Shown: piece after piece, positions 12,313-24,841 of the stretch | Layout: the number at the start of each line of letters is the position of its first letter | Numbering within the stretch: the stretch's first letter is position 1 | NCBI GenBank assembly: GCA_963575745.1 | Contig: CAUYUJ010000132.1 | Span: forward strand, 1 to 64,000 | DNA length: 64,000 nucleotides | DNA from: Prorocentrum cordatum | Taxonomy: Eukaryota | Reading direction: 5' to 3' | Notes under the pieces: generated by a model | The model's input: only the letters and a program-made list of their open reading frames with translations | What the model was told of the DNA's origin: nothing | Databases searched by the model: none | Made by a program: the position numbers and the translations under genes

Positions 12313-12974
12313 GCGACGGCGACGACGACGACGCGTCCCCCACACGCCGACAGGGTCGGCTGATTTCTGGCGCCCTCCAAGGGAGGAACAACCACCCGGA
12401 CCGGACAGTTGGCGTTTACGAAACGTCCCTGGGCGTTTACCAAACAGCCCTGCCTTGTTTGATTCCTTCTTTGGGCGTGTTTACTAAACGACTTCGCGTG
12501 TCGGGGTGGTTATTTTCAGGAGGGGGAAAACCACACAGACACAATTAATCGTCGATTCCCAAGAAAATATGGAAAAATATGGGAAGAGGGGGGGAAGACA
12601 AAAACCCTGAAATTATATGAAAATATGGGGAATCCTGTTATTTGTGTGGATTTGTTTTCCGACGGACCGTGCGGTGAGGTCTTGGGGGGGATTTCGAGGC
12701 CACCGCACGGTCTGTCGCCGCACCGCGTCGGGACTCCAGACAGGCAGGAAGCTGCTGATGCCCCCCCCCAGGGCGTGACGGGGACGTCGGCGGCGGGCGA
12801 GGGGTCTCAGGGGCATTTTGGGAGGCAGTTTTGAGGCCTCTTGGGGGCTAGGCTCTGCCTAGAAGGGTTCTTACTCTCTTAGCTTAAAGGGGCCGGGCAG
12901 TGTAATGCGCCCCAGGCGGTTCCCCCAGGATCCGCCCCGCGGTTCCCCCAGTTGCGTCCCATTAGTATAGCGTT

Positions 12975-13058
12975 GCTTATCTCATCTTAGCTTAGCTTAA
13001 TTCATCTTAGCTTAGCCTAGCTTCATCTTAGCTCAGGTTTATCTTAGCTTAGCTTACC
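12975..13058. repeat. (CTTAG)n degenerate pentamer tract; also 31121-31204
   Basis: CTTAGCTTAGCTTAATTCATCTTAGCTTAGCCTAG... Confidence 0.85.
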
Positions 13059-13062
13059 TTCA

Positions 13063-14260
13063 GTGCAAGCTCGTCAGTGCAAGCTCGTCAACGACTTCGT
13101 GCCGAACCATCCAGACCGGTGCTTCCAGCACCTCCGTGTTCGCGTTGACGACCACAACGAGCCCGTGTCCATCGTCAATTGCCATGCGCCCGCCTCGAAA
13201 AAACGAGGGTTGACAATGGAAGGGCGCAAGCACACCTTCCTTGCTTGCCACAATGCGTGTGCGGGGGATCGCTTCATCTGGGGCGGCGACTTCAGCACGG
13301 GGATCATTCAGCTCATCGCCCTGGTGCAGAGTATCGATGAAGGCTACACAGCCTGCCAAGTATCGATTGACTCCGGTGCTGCACAGCCTGGATCACTGCA
13401 GCTGGTCTTCTCTCACCCGTTGAGTTTCAAACACGGCGACCTCGCGATGACCCACGGCCTGCGCAGCGTTCAAACGAGCTCCGAAAATGGTGCGTTCTTC
13501 GACGGAGTGAGTGATGCTCATGACCTCGTTGTGGCCAGGGTGTTCCTGCCTCGAGACCTCGAGAGTGCGGCTGAGCCTTCGCCGGTTCTGCGAATCACCG
13601 ATGCGCGCCCTCCGCTGACGTGGGAAGCGACACGCCGCCCGCCGAGCAGCGCTGCGCAGCCTGCCACCTCCTCCAACGTGGTACGCAGGCCCGCCACGCC
13701 CCGTGTCAACGCCATCTTCGGCAGCGATGCCTCCGCCGACGCAGGAGGTGCTCGAGGAGATCGGCAGAGACTTCCTGTTCGTAGCCTCGTCCGACGGCCG
13801 CTTCGAGGCGGCAGCTGCTCCGCGCATCGCCGAGAAACTGGAGGAGTTCTTGCGGGTCGTCGAGGAGCAGCGTGCGAATCGCATGCGCCGCGCGCCTGGC
13901 CAGGACTCCGACCCCATCTTCACGCCTCGCCACATGAAAGAGATCCACAAGAAGTGGCTCAGCGACTATAAGTCGTGGATGAACACGGAAACGGTCCAGG
14001 AGTACGAGCGGTTGCGCAACGGGAGGTGCGGGCAGAAAGCGCACCAGCTCCGACGAAGCGCTTTCTCCGCGTAATTGTTCCAGATCATCGGCGACAAACA
14101 TATGTTGCTTTCCGCCATCTAACATCCAATCTGCAATGCTGCGCAGCCTGCAGACGCAATGTGGCGGTTCATGGGCGCGTGGGCGGAGGAGAAGTCGTCG
14201 ACTGACCACGACGAGAGGAACGCGACGGAGAGGGAGGACATCGGCGACGACGAGAACGAG
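13063..14260 (+). pseudogene. 5'-truncated endonuclease/exonuclease/phosphatase (EEP, APE-like) domain followed by an unknown domain; disrupted
   Basis: Motifs IVNCHAP, FIWGGDFST (GDFN-like), GDLA and SDAHDLVV (SDH-like). Frameshift near 13740 into QEVLEEIGRDFLF. In-frame TAA at 14072 and 14120 with protein-like sequence continuing beyond. No ATG start. Confidence 0.7.
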
Positions 14261-14844
14261 GGGCCGCACAAGCGCCGGCGCCGTGAGTGGGCGAGCGGCT
14301 AGCGCTTCGCAGCTCGCGGGTCGCGCCTCGCAGCCCGCAGCTCGCAGCCTCCAAAACCGCTCCAGGACGAACCGAAAAATTTAGCTTTTCGCCCCGAGAC
14401 GCCCCTGGGGGGCCCAGAGAGCCCCCCCCAAAGCCCCAAGAGGCACCCAAGAGGCGTCCCAAGAGACCACCAGGAAACATACATTTTCGCCATGCACGGT
14501 TGTTCGGTTTTCACAGCGTTGACGACGATCCAAGACGCCCCGGAGACCGCCTCAAGGCGGCCCAAGAGGCCCCCGAGGGTCCCCAACAAATATTCCAAAA
14601 ACGTCCCAAGACGGCCCAAGAGGCGCCCGAGATGGCCAAGTCGTGCGGTATTAGACCGGATACGGAGCATTTTCAAACGCGCCCGGTGAGCGAATGAAAC
14701 ACATGCGTGTGTGTGTGTGCGTGCTTGTGCGCAGGCGAAGCAAACAAAACGTTAAGCAATAGCAAAAACAGAACTAAAGCAACGACAACAGCAAACGCAA
14801 TAGCAAAAGCAAAGGCAAGGCAATGCAAATCAGAAGCGAAACCT

Positions 14845-15008
14845 ATGCGAAAGTGTAAGTGTAGATGTAAATGTAGGTGTAGGTGTAGATGTAGATGTAT
14901 ATGTAGGTGTAGATGTAGGTGTAGATGTGGGTCTCGCTGTTGATCTTGGTGTAGATGTATATGCAGGTGTAGATGTTGGTGTAGCTGCCGGTGTAGATGT
15001 AGATGTTG
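14845..15008. repeat. (GTAGAT/GTAGGT)n hexamer tract; also ~32991-33154
   Basis: Directly visible. Confidence 0.85.
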
Positions 15009-15992
15009 CTTTCCTAGATGCTCCAAATCCTAGGTAGGGTCGCACTGGGATAATTTATGAGAGAGATGGTGTGGGTTGGGGGGGGAGCATGGTTCCTGGT
15101 TGGCTGCCAGTCGCCTGGGGGAGGGGGTGTATATCAATAGGGAGCAGTGATGAACCCCTCCCCGAACACGGGCAAAATGGGGATTTGAAGAGGAGTTTCC
15201 TTAGACCACCTACGCCCAGAGGGCTGGTGGAATTCGCAGACATGCCTTGTTACTTCTACGCAGATCAGGGTCGTCTTCGATTGTGAGCTGATTCGGTGTT
15301 GCTCGCATGACTGCGAGCGATCTATAGAGTAGGCGCGGATTGAATCGAGTTGATCCTCCTATTCCTCCTCGTCCGCCTACTTGGATTCTTGGATCGAAGC
15401 TGTGTAAGACAGTCCGCTGGCTTTTGGATGCGGCGCGCTTGCCAGTCAGACAGTCAGTCAGCCAGCCAGCCAGCCAGTCAGTCAGCCGACGTCGCCACAG
15501 GTGGCCAAAGAGCGGGCGACGGGCGGGGCGGCACGCTTGTGGGACGCACGCATGTGGGACAGCTTTCGACCCTCGTCTCCCCGTGCCATGCGGGGCGATT
15601 CCCTCCTCCTGCGTCGCTGAGCCAGCGAGGCCGCCCCAGAAGAGGAGGTCAGACGGGGTCACCCCGCCCAGGCCCCGACAGTCGAAGAAGACACAACTGC
15701 ACAAGCAGAGACTTCTGGAGGTCGGTGCGGACTTATTGGATCTGCGCTGGCCCTCATCGGTGGCGCCACTGTCGCCACTCTGAGCGCGCTCGGCGCGCCA
15801 AAGAGGGGGGCCCAGCTCCGATCCAAGAAAACCGCGCTGACCCCCGACAGTTTATCTTTACGCTGTTTTTACCTAACAGCGAAGACTGATAGGTTTCTAG
15901 TGGGGTCAAAAGAGAGCATCTTGACGCCCCAGAGGGGGTCCGGGCAGGATCCGGGGAGAAGCCGCGGAAGTCGATTTAGGCAGACAGATACA

Positions 15993-16335
15993 CACTTCGT
16001 GGGCTTCGAGGTCCCAGAACTCCATTCCTGGGCATGATTTTGAATGCCCGGAGCCACCTGTAGGCCACTTCGTGTTCTTCGAATTCCCAGAACTCCATTA
16101 CCGGGCCACATTTTGAATGACCGGGGCCAACTGTAGGCCACTTCGTGGTCTTCGAGTTCCCAGAACTCCACTCCTGGGCATGATTTTGAATGCCCAGAGC
16201 CAACTGTAAGCCACCTTGTGGTTTTCGAGTTCCCAGAACTCCATTCTTGGGCATGATTTTGTGCCCGGAGCCACCTGTAGGTCACTTCGTGTTCTTCGAG
16301 TTCCCAGAATTCCATTCCCGGGCCACATTTTGAAT
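15993..16335. repeat. 73-bp minisatellite, about 4.7 units; also 34139-34481
   Basis: Units start CACTTCGTG at 15993, 16066, 16139, 16212 (variant) and 16283. Confidence 0.92.
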
Positions 16336-17160
16336 GCTGAAGCAGGCTGATGCTGAGGCTGAGGCAGGCTGAGGCTGAGGCCGAGGCTGAAGGCAGACTG
16401 AGGCTGAGGCTGGTGCAGGCTGAGGCTGAGGCTGAGGCAGGCTGAGGCTGAGGCTGAGGCAGGCTGATGCTGAGGCAGGCTGAGGCTGAGGCTGAGGCTG
16501 ATGCAGGCTGAGGCTGAGGCAGGCTGAGGCTGAGGCCGAGGCTGAAGGCAGACTGAGGCTGAGGCTGAAGCAGGCTGAGGCTGAGGCTGAGGCAGGCTGA
16601 GGCTGAGGCTGAGGCAGGCTGATGCTGAGGCAGGCTGAGGCTGAGGCTGAGGCTGAGGCAGGCAGGCTGAGGCTGAGGCAGGCTGAGGCTGAGGCCTGAG
16701 GCTGAAGGCTGAGGCTGAGGCTGAGGCAGGCTGAGGCTGAGGCTGAGGCAGGCTGATGCTGAGGCAGGCTGAGGCTGAGGCTGAGGCTGATGCAGGCTGA
16801 GGCTGAGGCAGGCTGAGGCTGAGGCTGAGGCTGAGGCTGAAGGCAGGCTGAGGCTGAGGCTGAGGCTGAGCATGCTGGCTGACTGAGGCTGAGGCAGGCT
16901 GGCTGAGGCTGAGGCAGGCTGATGCTGAGGCAGGCTGAGGCTGAGGCTGAGGCTGCAGGCTGAGGCTGAGGCAGGCTGAGGCTGAGGCTGAGGCTGAGGC
17001 TGAGGCTGAGGCTGATGCAGGCTTGGCTGAGGCAGGCTGAGGCTGAGGCCGAGGCTGAAGGCAGACTGAGGCTGAGGCTGAAGCAGGCTGAGGCTGAGGC
17101 TGAGGCAGGCTGAGGCTGAGGCAGGCTGAGGCTGAGGCTGAGGCAGGCTGAGGCTGAGGC
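16335..17160. repeat. (GCTGAG)n hexamer tract with GCAG interruptions; also ~34482-35220
   Basis: Directly visible. Length and arrangement differ between units B and C. Confidence 0.95.
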
Positions 17161-17230
17161 TGTGACTGCGACTGCCGGCCACTGCGACTGTCATCGCGAA
17201 TGCGACTACGACTGCGAGAACAGCAGAATT

Positions 17231-17940
17231 CTACAACTGGATTCTCATCTGAATCTTAAGGGGAATGCTTCCAGATATGCTCCTACACATCGCTGTTAGG
17301 TTGCTTTGCCGGGATAATTCTTCGTCTGCGCAACGTCCAACTGGGGACACTCTTGTGCGGCAGGTTCGCGTCGTATCGATGTGGTGGCGGCTTTGCCGCA
17401 GGCGTTCAAGGTTGAACGCCGCTAGTGGCCCAGAATCGGCCGATACTGAACGATCTGCCGGGTACCCTCTTGGGGTCGTCTCTGGCCGTTTTGGGTTCAC
17501 TGGCCGAGGGACAAGTTAGACGTTTATCCCCTGGATCGGCCAACATAAGCATTCCCCGAGTTAATGTTCTCCAGATTTTCGAAAGGGTTAAAAGGCTTGG
17601 GAACAAACCGCCGCGTGCTGATGATTCTGGGACTGGAGTATAATCCACCCAGTGCCTGCGACGCGGTGATTTATCTCATTGACCATGTCTGTGCAGGCTG
17701 AGCATTATTCATTGTTTGTCACGTACTGTATCTGTGTTTGCTCAAGTATTTTTGCATCGTGGTAGTTATCTTCGCCAGGAATATTTGGGATAGCCTCTAT
17801 CCAGGCGCCTGTGGCGAGTCCCGCCGCTGTGCCAGCGGAAAGCTTTGCACGGCGACTTTTCGGGCCCCGCCGAACAATTTCCTTACATGTGGCACTTGTC
17901 GCCCTTGTGAAAAAAGAGGCTGAGGAAAATGAGAACAAGG
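17231..17940 (-). mobile_element. Possible heavily decayed non-LTR (LINE) reverse transcriptase fragment; second copy at 35274-35983
   Basis: Minus-strand peptides in the expected order weakly recall the N-terminal part of LINE RTs: AKLSAGTAAGL (KAPGxDG region), PESSARGGLFPSLLTLSKIW (PK..RPIxLL..K.W region) and AAFNLE. No YxDD seen. Confidence 0.3.
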
Positions 17941-17944
17941 ACTG

Positions 17945-18742
<798 letters not shown>

Positions 18743-19064
18743 CACTTAGGGAATATTGATTGAAACACGGGAGAGCGCCGCAACTTTTGCCCTCCGTATT
18801 TCTTCGGCTCAGCACTTCTTTTGAGCGCCCATCCTCGGCCGGCAGCGCATGGACTATGTGCTGCAGCCCAGGTATTCCGCGCGCGGCTCGCTGGTGTCAG
18901 CTCGCCGTCCTGTTGTGACCCACCGAGGGCGTTCCACTACTCGTAAAATGCCTGTTCGCAGACTTCCGAAAAACACACGTTCGCCTCGTTGTCATGGATC
19001 GTAAATCCCCCGTGGTGGATCCAGGCCGTTTGCGAGTAGTTACTCTGCGAGCAGTGGAGCGCGC

Positions 19065-22000
19065 TTGTCGAGTGGCTGCACGCCCGCACACTCCGACGAC
19101 GGGGTCCTCGAGCTGCTCCGCGAGCAGCTCCAGCGGTGCGGCCCGGAGAGGCTGCCTGCTTGCCCGCTGGCGCCGCCGTCACCGCCAGAGGCGGCTTACC
19201 TGGGGGCTCGTGTGGCCCCTCGCTGCCGCCGTCGCGGCCGGCGGCCTCGCGGGGGGAAAGGCTTGTCGCCCTGCAGCTCGCCAGCTGCGCTCGGCGGCTG
19301 CGTGGCTCGCAGCCGCTGGTGTCGCGGGTGGTGGCCGAGGGGGCGTGGGCCCCCCCAGCCAGCAGGGCCGCGGGCGCGGAACCAGGCGCTGGCGCTCGAG
19401 GGGCGCCCAGGGCTTGACGTGGCCTCCGACGACCTCGCAGGCGAGGCTCGCGCGGCGCTGACTGCTGTGCGGGCGCGCGCGGCTGCGCGTTGATGGCGCT
19501 CGCTCCTGGGGTATGGCTGTTCGTGGCTTGCGACAACCCAGGGGTGAAGGACCCGCTCTACCACGAAAAACTTATCACCGCCGTGGGAGTCAATGCGCAG
19601 TACTGCGTCTTCACTACTGACGGCGACCACTACCTCGAGTAGGTTTCCTCAGCTAATGCCGATTCTCTCGATATCCGATCGTTGGCTGGACCTGGAGCCG
19701 GGCCCGTCGGGATCAACGCCAATCGGATCTACAGATTCCGCCGCGTGCCCACGCTCGCGGAGCGTGCCCAGTACTTCAGGGACGGTGCCCTCATCGCAGT
19801 GGTGGCCGTGCCGCCCGCCGCCGCAGCCGCTGCGCCCGCCGACGCGCCGCGGCCTGGCGCTGCGGCCCTGGCAGCTCTCGAGCGTGTGTGGGTGGTCGCC
19901 GAAGATGCAGCAGGGCGGGTGCGAGGTAATATCATCGCGGACATGGGGGGCGCTCCCACCATCTTCGGGGACATGGCACTTGTCGAGTTGGCCCAGGGTA
20001 CATCGCGGACGAGGTCGCGAGATATGCCAACGACGACCTTCGCATCTTCCCGGTCGCCTTCAACATTCGAGGCAACCGTCGCCGCCCCCTTGCCGATGCC
20101 GATGGCTTCGGGCCGGAGGGTCTGCGGCGTTGGCGCGGCGGCAGCATCGAACCTCAACCATCGCGACGCGTGGTTTCGCACTTGCCGTCCGGCGACAGGT
20201 CGGTGCCCGCGCATCGCGTTCTGTGTGTCCTGCTGCACGTGATGCTGGTCGTCGACCAGCTCAACGCGAGCTGCTTGCAATCGGGCGAGCTTATCGCCAG
20301 GAGGCCCCAGCTGATTGAGGGCGCTCGCCGAGCCAGCCCGTTTTCATCAGACTACGGATCGCCGGACCACTACGTGGGGCGTGCTTATCGGGCAGGAGGT
20401 GTCACTGACGCGCCTGGCCTCAGGCGCTACGTCGCGGACAGGCCAAGGGCGAGGTCGGGGTGGCCAAGGGGCAGCGGAAGGCTCGCGAGGGGCCCCGCCT
20501 GCTCCGAGGCAGCTCCAGCCCCGCGGGCCGAGGAGAGGGGGGGCGGGCGCCGAGGGCGCCGCCCGGGGCTGGGCGACTTCGATTCCGCGGAGGGGGGGCC
20601 TGGCCGACCCCTCGCGCGTGTCCCAGGCCCTGCTCACGGTGTGGTTGTGCGCCTGGGCGCCAGTGTTTGACGGGCGCCAGCGAGAATTGCCCCCCTGGCC
20701 GCTAGTCGAGGGGCGCCTCGCCGTTGCCGCGAGTCCCCTGGGCCGGGGGCGCGCGCTGGCCAGCGTCCGATGGGGGGGGCTGCGCCGTCGATCAGGCAGT
20801 CAGCGCCTTGGGGGAGCTCTACTGTGCACCTGAGGGCTCAGCGAGCACTGCGCTTGGTGGCCACCGCGAAGCGCATCGCCAGCTTCGCCTCGCCGCCCGA
20901 CTGAGCCCCCGTGCAGCGATGTATATTTTTTCCCAAGCAGCCGCGGGGGGCTGCTGAGGTTCCGCTCCTCCTGCGATGAGAGTGCCGCGTGCCGGGTGCG
21001 GGCCTGCGACCGGTCGCTCGTCGATTTCCCGAGGCCAAGCTGGGCGCCGCCAGCCCTCGCTGACGTGGCTGGCCATGTCGGGCGCGAGACGTTGAAGGAT
21101 TGGATGAATCTTGCGATGCCGGGCCAGGGCGAGTAGGGCCAGGTGGTCGAGAGTTCGCCTCCAGTGACGCGCATGGAGCCGCGCGAAGGGCTCCTCGCTC
21201 TACCGGGCCTTCGTCGGGGACGCGCGCGCCGCGGGGGCCATCGGCTCCGCCGCGGAGCCCGCGGACTGAGCGCCCCCCTTCGCCGGCAAGAAATCAGGTC
21301 AGCTGCGGGTTTGGCTCTCGACGGGAGAGCCCCGAATCGGCGGTTCCTAAAGCGCCCCCCCTCCTGGCCGCGGGGGCGGGGGCGTCGTTGGGCAGGCCGG
21401 GGCTTGAGGGGCCAGGCGTGCGCGCCTTCCAGGAGACGCCTGGCGCTCGCGAGGAGCTCTTCGTCAGTGGCCTCAGCGCGAGGAACTGCATCTATGCGCT
21501 GGGGAATTATCTCCAGCTGATGCCCTTCTACAGCTTGCCCGACGCCCTGGCCGAGTTCACCGAGGGCTTCGGGGGGCCGCTGGTCGGGGCGCTCCAGCCC
21601 TCGACTGGGTCTGGTCGACGCTGAGAGTGGCCTCCATTGGCTGGGGCTGGGCCTTCTGCCTGGCCGAACGTGTTGCCTCGCGGCGAGTCCAAGTCGCCTT
21701 CGGCGTCGGGCCGTCCGTGCTGCTCCGCGACCGCGGCCTGGCCCCCGACATCTGACGGGGGGCCCGCCGTTCTTGGCTATTGCCATTGCGTCGGCGCGGC
21801 TTCGACCTCTGGGAGTGACTGGCCAGCTGCGTCGCAAGATCGAGGTGCAGCTCGTCGAGGACGGCGTCGAGGTCCACGGGGCCACTGTCGCGTCCACTTC
21901 CGCCGTCATGTTCGGCAGGGAGATCGATGGCAGTCCTGAGACGGCGCAGCTACCTCCCCAAAAGCCTGCCCGACTGGGAGCAGCTAGCTGACGGTTGGTG

Positions 22001-22578
22001 CGAGGGGCGTCCGAGAGCGTCGGCCCATCGGATCGAGATCGTCGCCGGGCACTGCGTCGACGCCGCCGTGCTGAACCCTTGCCTCGTGTCCGTGTGCTGC
22101 GGGTGCTGCGTCTTCGCCGCCGCCGCCGTCTGCAGCCCTGCCGAGCACTGGGCTGCTGTGGCGTGGGTGCTCTCGATCGGTCTTTTGCAGGTTGCTCTTC
22201 GCGTCCGCCTGGGACGCGCGGGGGCCGCCCTGCAGCGCCGCTGGCGCGTGCGACTCGGGCCCGACTGGAGCGGCGGTGGTCGCTGCAGAGATGTCCTGCG
22301 AGGTCGCGTGGAAGAGATGGTGCAGGTCGGGGGGCGCTCGCGCTCCCGGGGTCGTGGCGGCGTCCTGGCTCCCCGCCTCTCCGCCGTCGGCCCTCCTGGT
22401 GTTTTTTCTCGGGCCCGAGGGCCGCCCCCCCTTCGAAAGTTCAGATGGGGGGGGCGAGGGCGCCTTGGTCCCCAAGCCTTCTTTCGAGGAAGTGCCCGAG
22501 GGGCGGGTGGCGTGGGCCTCGTGGCAGACGTGCGTGGCCCTGCCGTTGGCGGGGGCTGAGCGGATCGCCGCCCGCTCT
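19065..22578 (+). mobile_element. Degenerate DIRS-like retrotransposon; copy B
   Basis: Co-linear with 497-4010 (+18568), with the same stop codon and frameshifts plus scattered SNPs. Confidence 0.68.
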
Positions 22579-24498
22579 GCGTGGATCTTTCGAGAAAGGG
22601 TCCTCGGCGTCTGATTTTTTCCGATGTGTATCATCGTTCGCCGCAGGCAGGGGTGCGAGTTTCGTTGTGTTCACCTCCTGCGGGAGGGTGGCGTTCCTGT
22701 CCGCCGCCTCGGGCTCAGCTTTTCTGCGCCGCTGGGCGCGTTCTGAGAGGGGTCGGGCCGGGGCGGGGTCGCGCCTCTGGTGAGCTGCTGCCGGCAAAGA
22801 GCCCGGCCGTCCGACCGGGCTCGGCCGCGGCCCCGCCGAGGCGTGGCCGCCGGGCCACGGCGCCGCCGAGGCCCTGGAGGCGGCGTTCGGGCGGGGCGCA
22901 GGGCCGAGGTCGGGGGCCGCCGCTGTCGCGGCCTTCTGGAGGCCAGCCGGCTCGATCAGCAAGGCCATCAGGGGCGACTTCGACAGGGGGCTGAGCGAGT
23001 TCCAGACATGTGCGTCGAAGGGGTCGCTTGAGTTGTCCAGGTTGGCCCCTGCCGACGCGGCGTTGGCCGCGTGCGCCGACGAGCTCAGTGCGGCGCCGCT
23101 TTCAGAAGAATGGCGGGGGCCCTGGCCGTCGACGTTGGTGTCCTCAGAACTCGTCACGTGCGAGCCATGCTCGAGGAATGCCTGCGGATCCGCCTCGTGC
23201 ACGCTCGCTGACCGTCCTCGCGAAGAGGTCCGGGTCGAGGTGCCTCGTGTATGGTTTTGGCCGGATCCTCCCAGATGTATTGATTCAGCGTCTGTCGTTC
23301 AGAGTGCTACCAGGTCGCCCAGTGACACAGTCCATTCCTTCTTCAGAAGTGGGATAGGACGCCCGTCTACGAGCCCGAGGCATTAATCTGTCAGATTCCT
23401 GCCCGAGGGTGCCCAGGAGTTCTGGCCTCCCGTGGGCGGGCCCCCGCGTCGACGCCCTGGCGCGCCATGCATGGCGCGTGCGGCCCGTCGCGTAAAGGGG
23501 TTCTCATATCATGATGCAGCTTTATCGGATATTCGTCGAATCGCGGGGGAGTGCCGCAACCCTTGCTCTTGACAGTTCTCGAGTTCCTTCCGTTCCCCCC
23601 CCCCGCCTTCCCCGGTGGAGCTGTCTGCGGGCGCGGGCCTCTGATCTTTCGGCCCCTTGCCCAAGGTCGCCCAATAATTCTGGCCTCTCAGCAAGGCCCC
23701 CCCCGCTCGACGCTCTGGCGCTGCATGCGTGACTGTGCAGCCTGGCGCGGAAATAGTGCTTTCTATTATGTTGCTGCTGCTGCTGCTCATGGCGATGCTG
23801 GTGCTGATGGTGATTATAATACTTATGGTGGTTCTGGTGGTGATGGTGATGATGATGATTGTGATGCTGATGGTGATGATGATGGTGGTGGAGTTCGCTG
23901 TGGTGACGATAAGTATGACGATTATCATGATGATGCTGATGATGATGGTGATAACGGTACTGCTGATGACAACGATTTTGGATGTACCAATGATGATGTT
24001 GATGCTGATGCCAGTGCTGATGGTAATGATGTTGCATCTGATGATGGTGACAATGATGCTGATGACGATGATTATGATGATGATGATGAGTTTGGTGATG
24101 CTGGTGCTGATGATGATGCTGTTGTTGATGATGCTGATGATGACGATGTTGGTGATGATGTTAATGGTGAGTATGCTGTTCTTGATAATGCTGACGACGA
24201 CGCTGATCATGGCGATGCTGCTGATGCTGATGATCATGCTGGTGACGATTGTGCAAATGATGACGAACATGATGATGCTGATGGTGATGGTGCTGCTGAT
24301 GGCGACGATGATGGCCATGATGGCGATGCTGATGATGCTGCAGATGGTCATGATGGTGATGGTGATGATGATGCGACGTATGATGATGATGATGATGGTG
24401 ATGATGATGGTGATACGGTTGCGAATGTTGCGGGTGATGGTGATGATGACGATGACGATGCTCATGGTGATGAAAATGCGGATGTTAATAATGATGCT

Positions 24499-24529
<31 letters not shown>

Positions 24530-24752
24530 CTGATGCTGATGATGATGGTGATGCTGATGATGCTGATGATGCGACTGTTGCGGAACATGGTGATGGTGAT
24601 GGTGATGATAATGATGACGATGGTGATGATGATGCTGCTGCTGAGGATGATGCTGATGCTGATGCTGATGCTGATGATGATGATGATGATGGTGATGATG
24701 GTGATGATGATGGTGATGATGCTGCTGCTGCTGCTACTGCTGATGATGATGC

Positions 24753-24784
<32 letters not shown>

Positions 24785-24786
24785 CT

Positions 24787-24841
<55 letters not shown>

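Noticed and set aside
12848..12862. Helitron 3' end (CTAG) explaining the 18-kb units as rolling-circle concatemers
   Set aside because: There is no TC 5' end across the junction, no A|T target, no properly placed subterminal hairpin and no Rep/helicase.
12975..13058. Interstitial telomere
   Set aside because: The unit is a degenerate CTTAG pentamer, not TTTAGGG or TTAGGG.
15993..16335. CRISPR-like periodicity (also 7915-8425 and 53334-53722)
   Set aside because: Whole units repeat, with no unique spacers and no cas genes. These are minisatellites.
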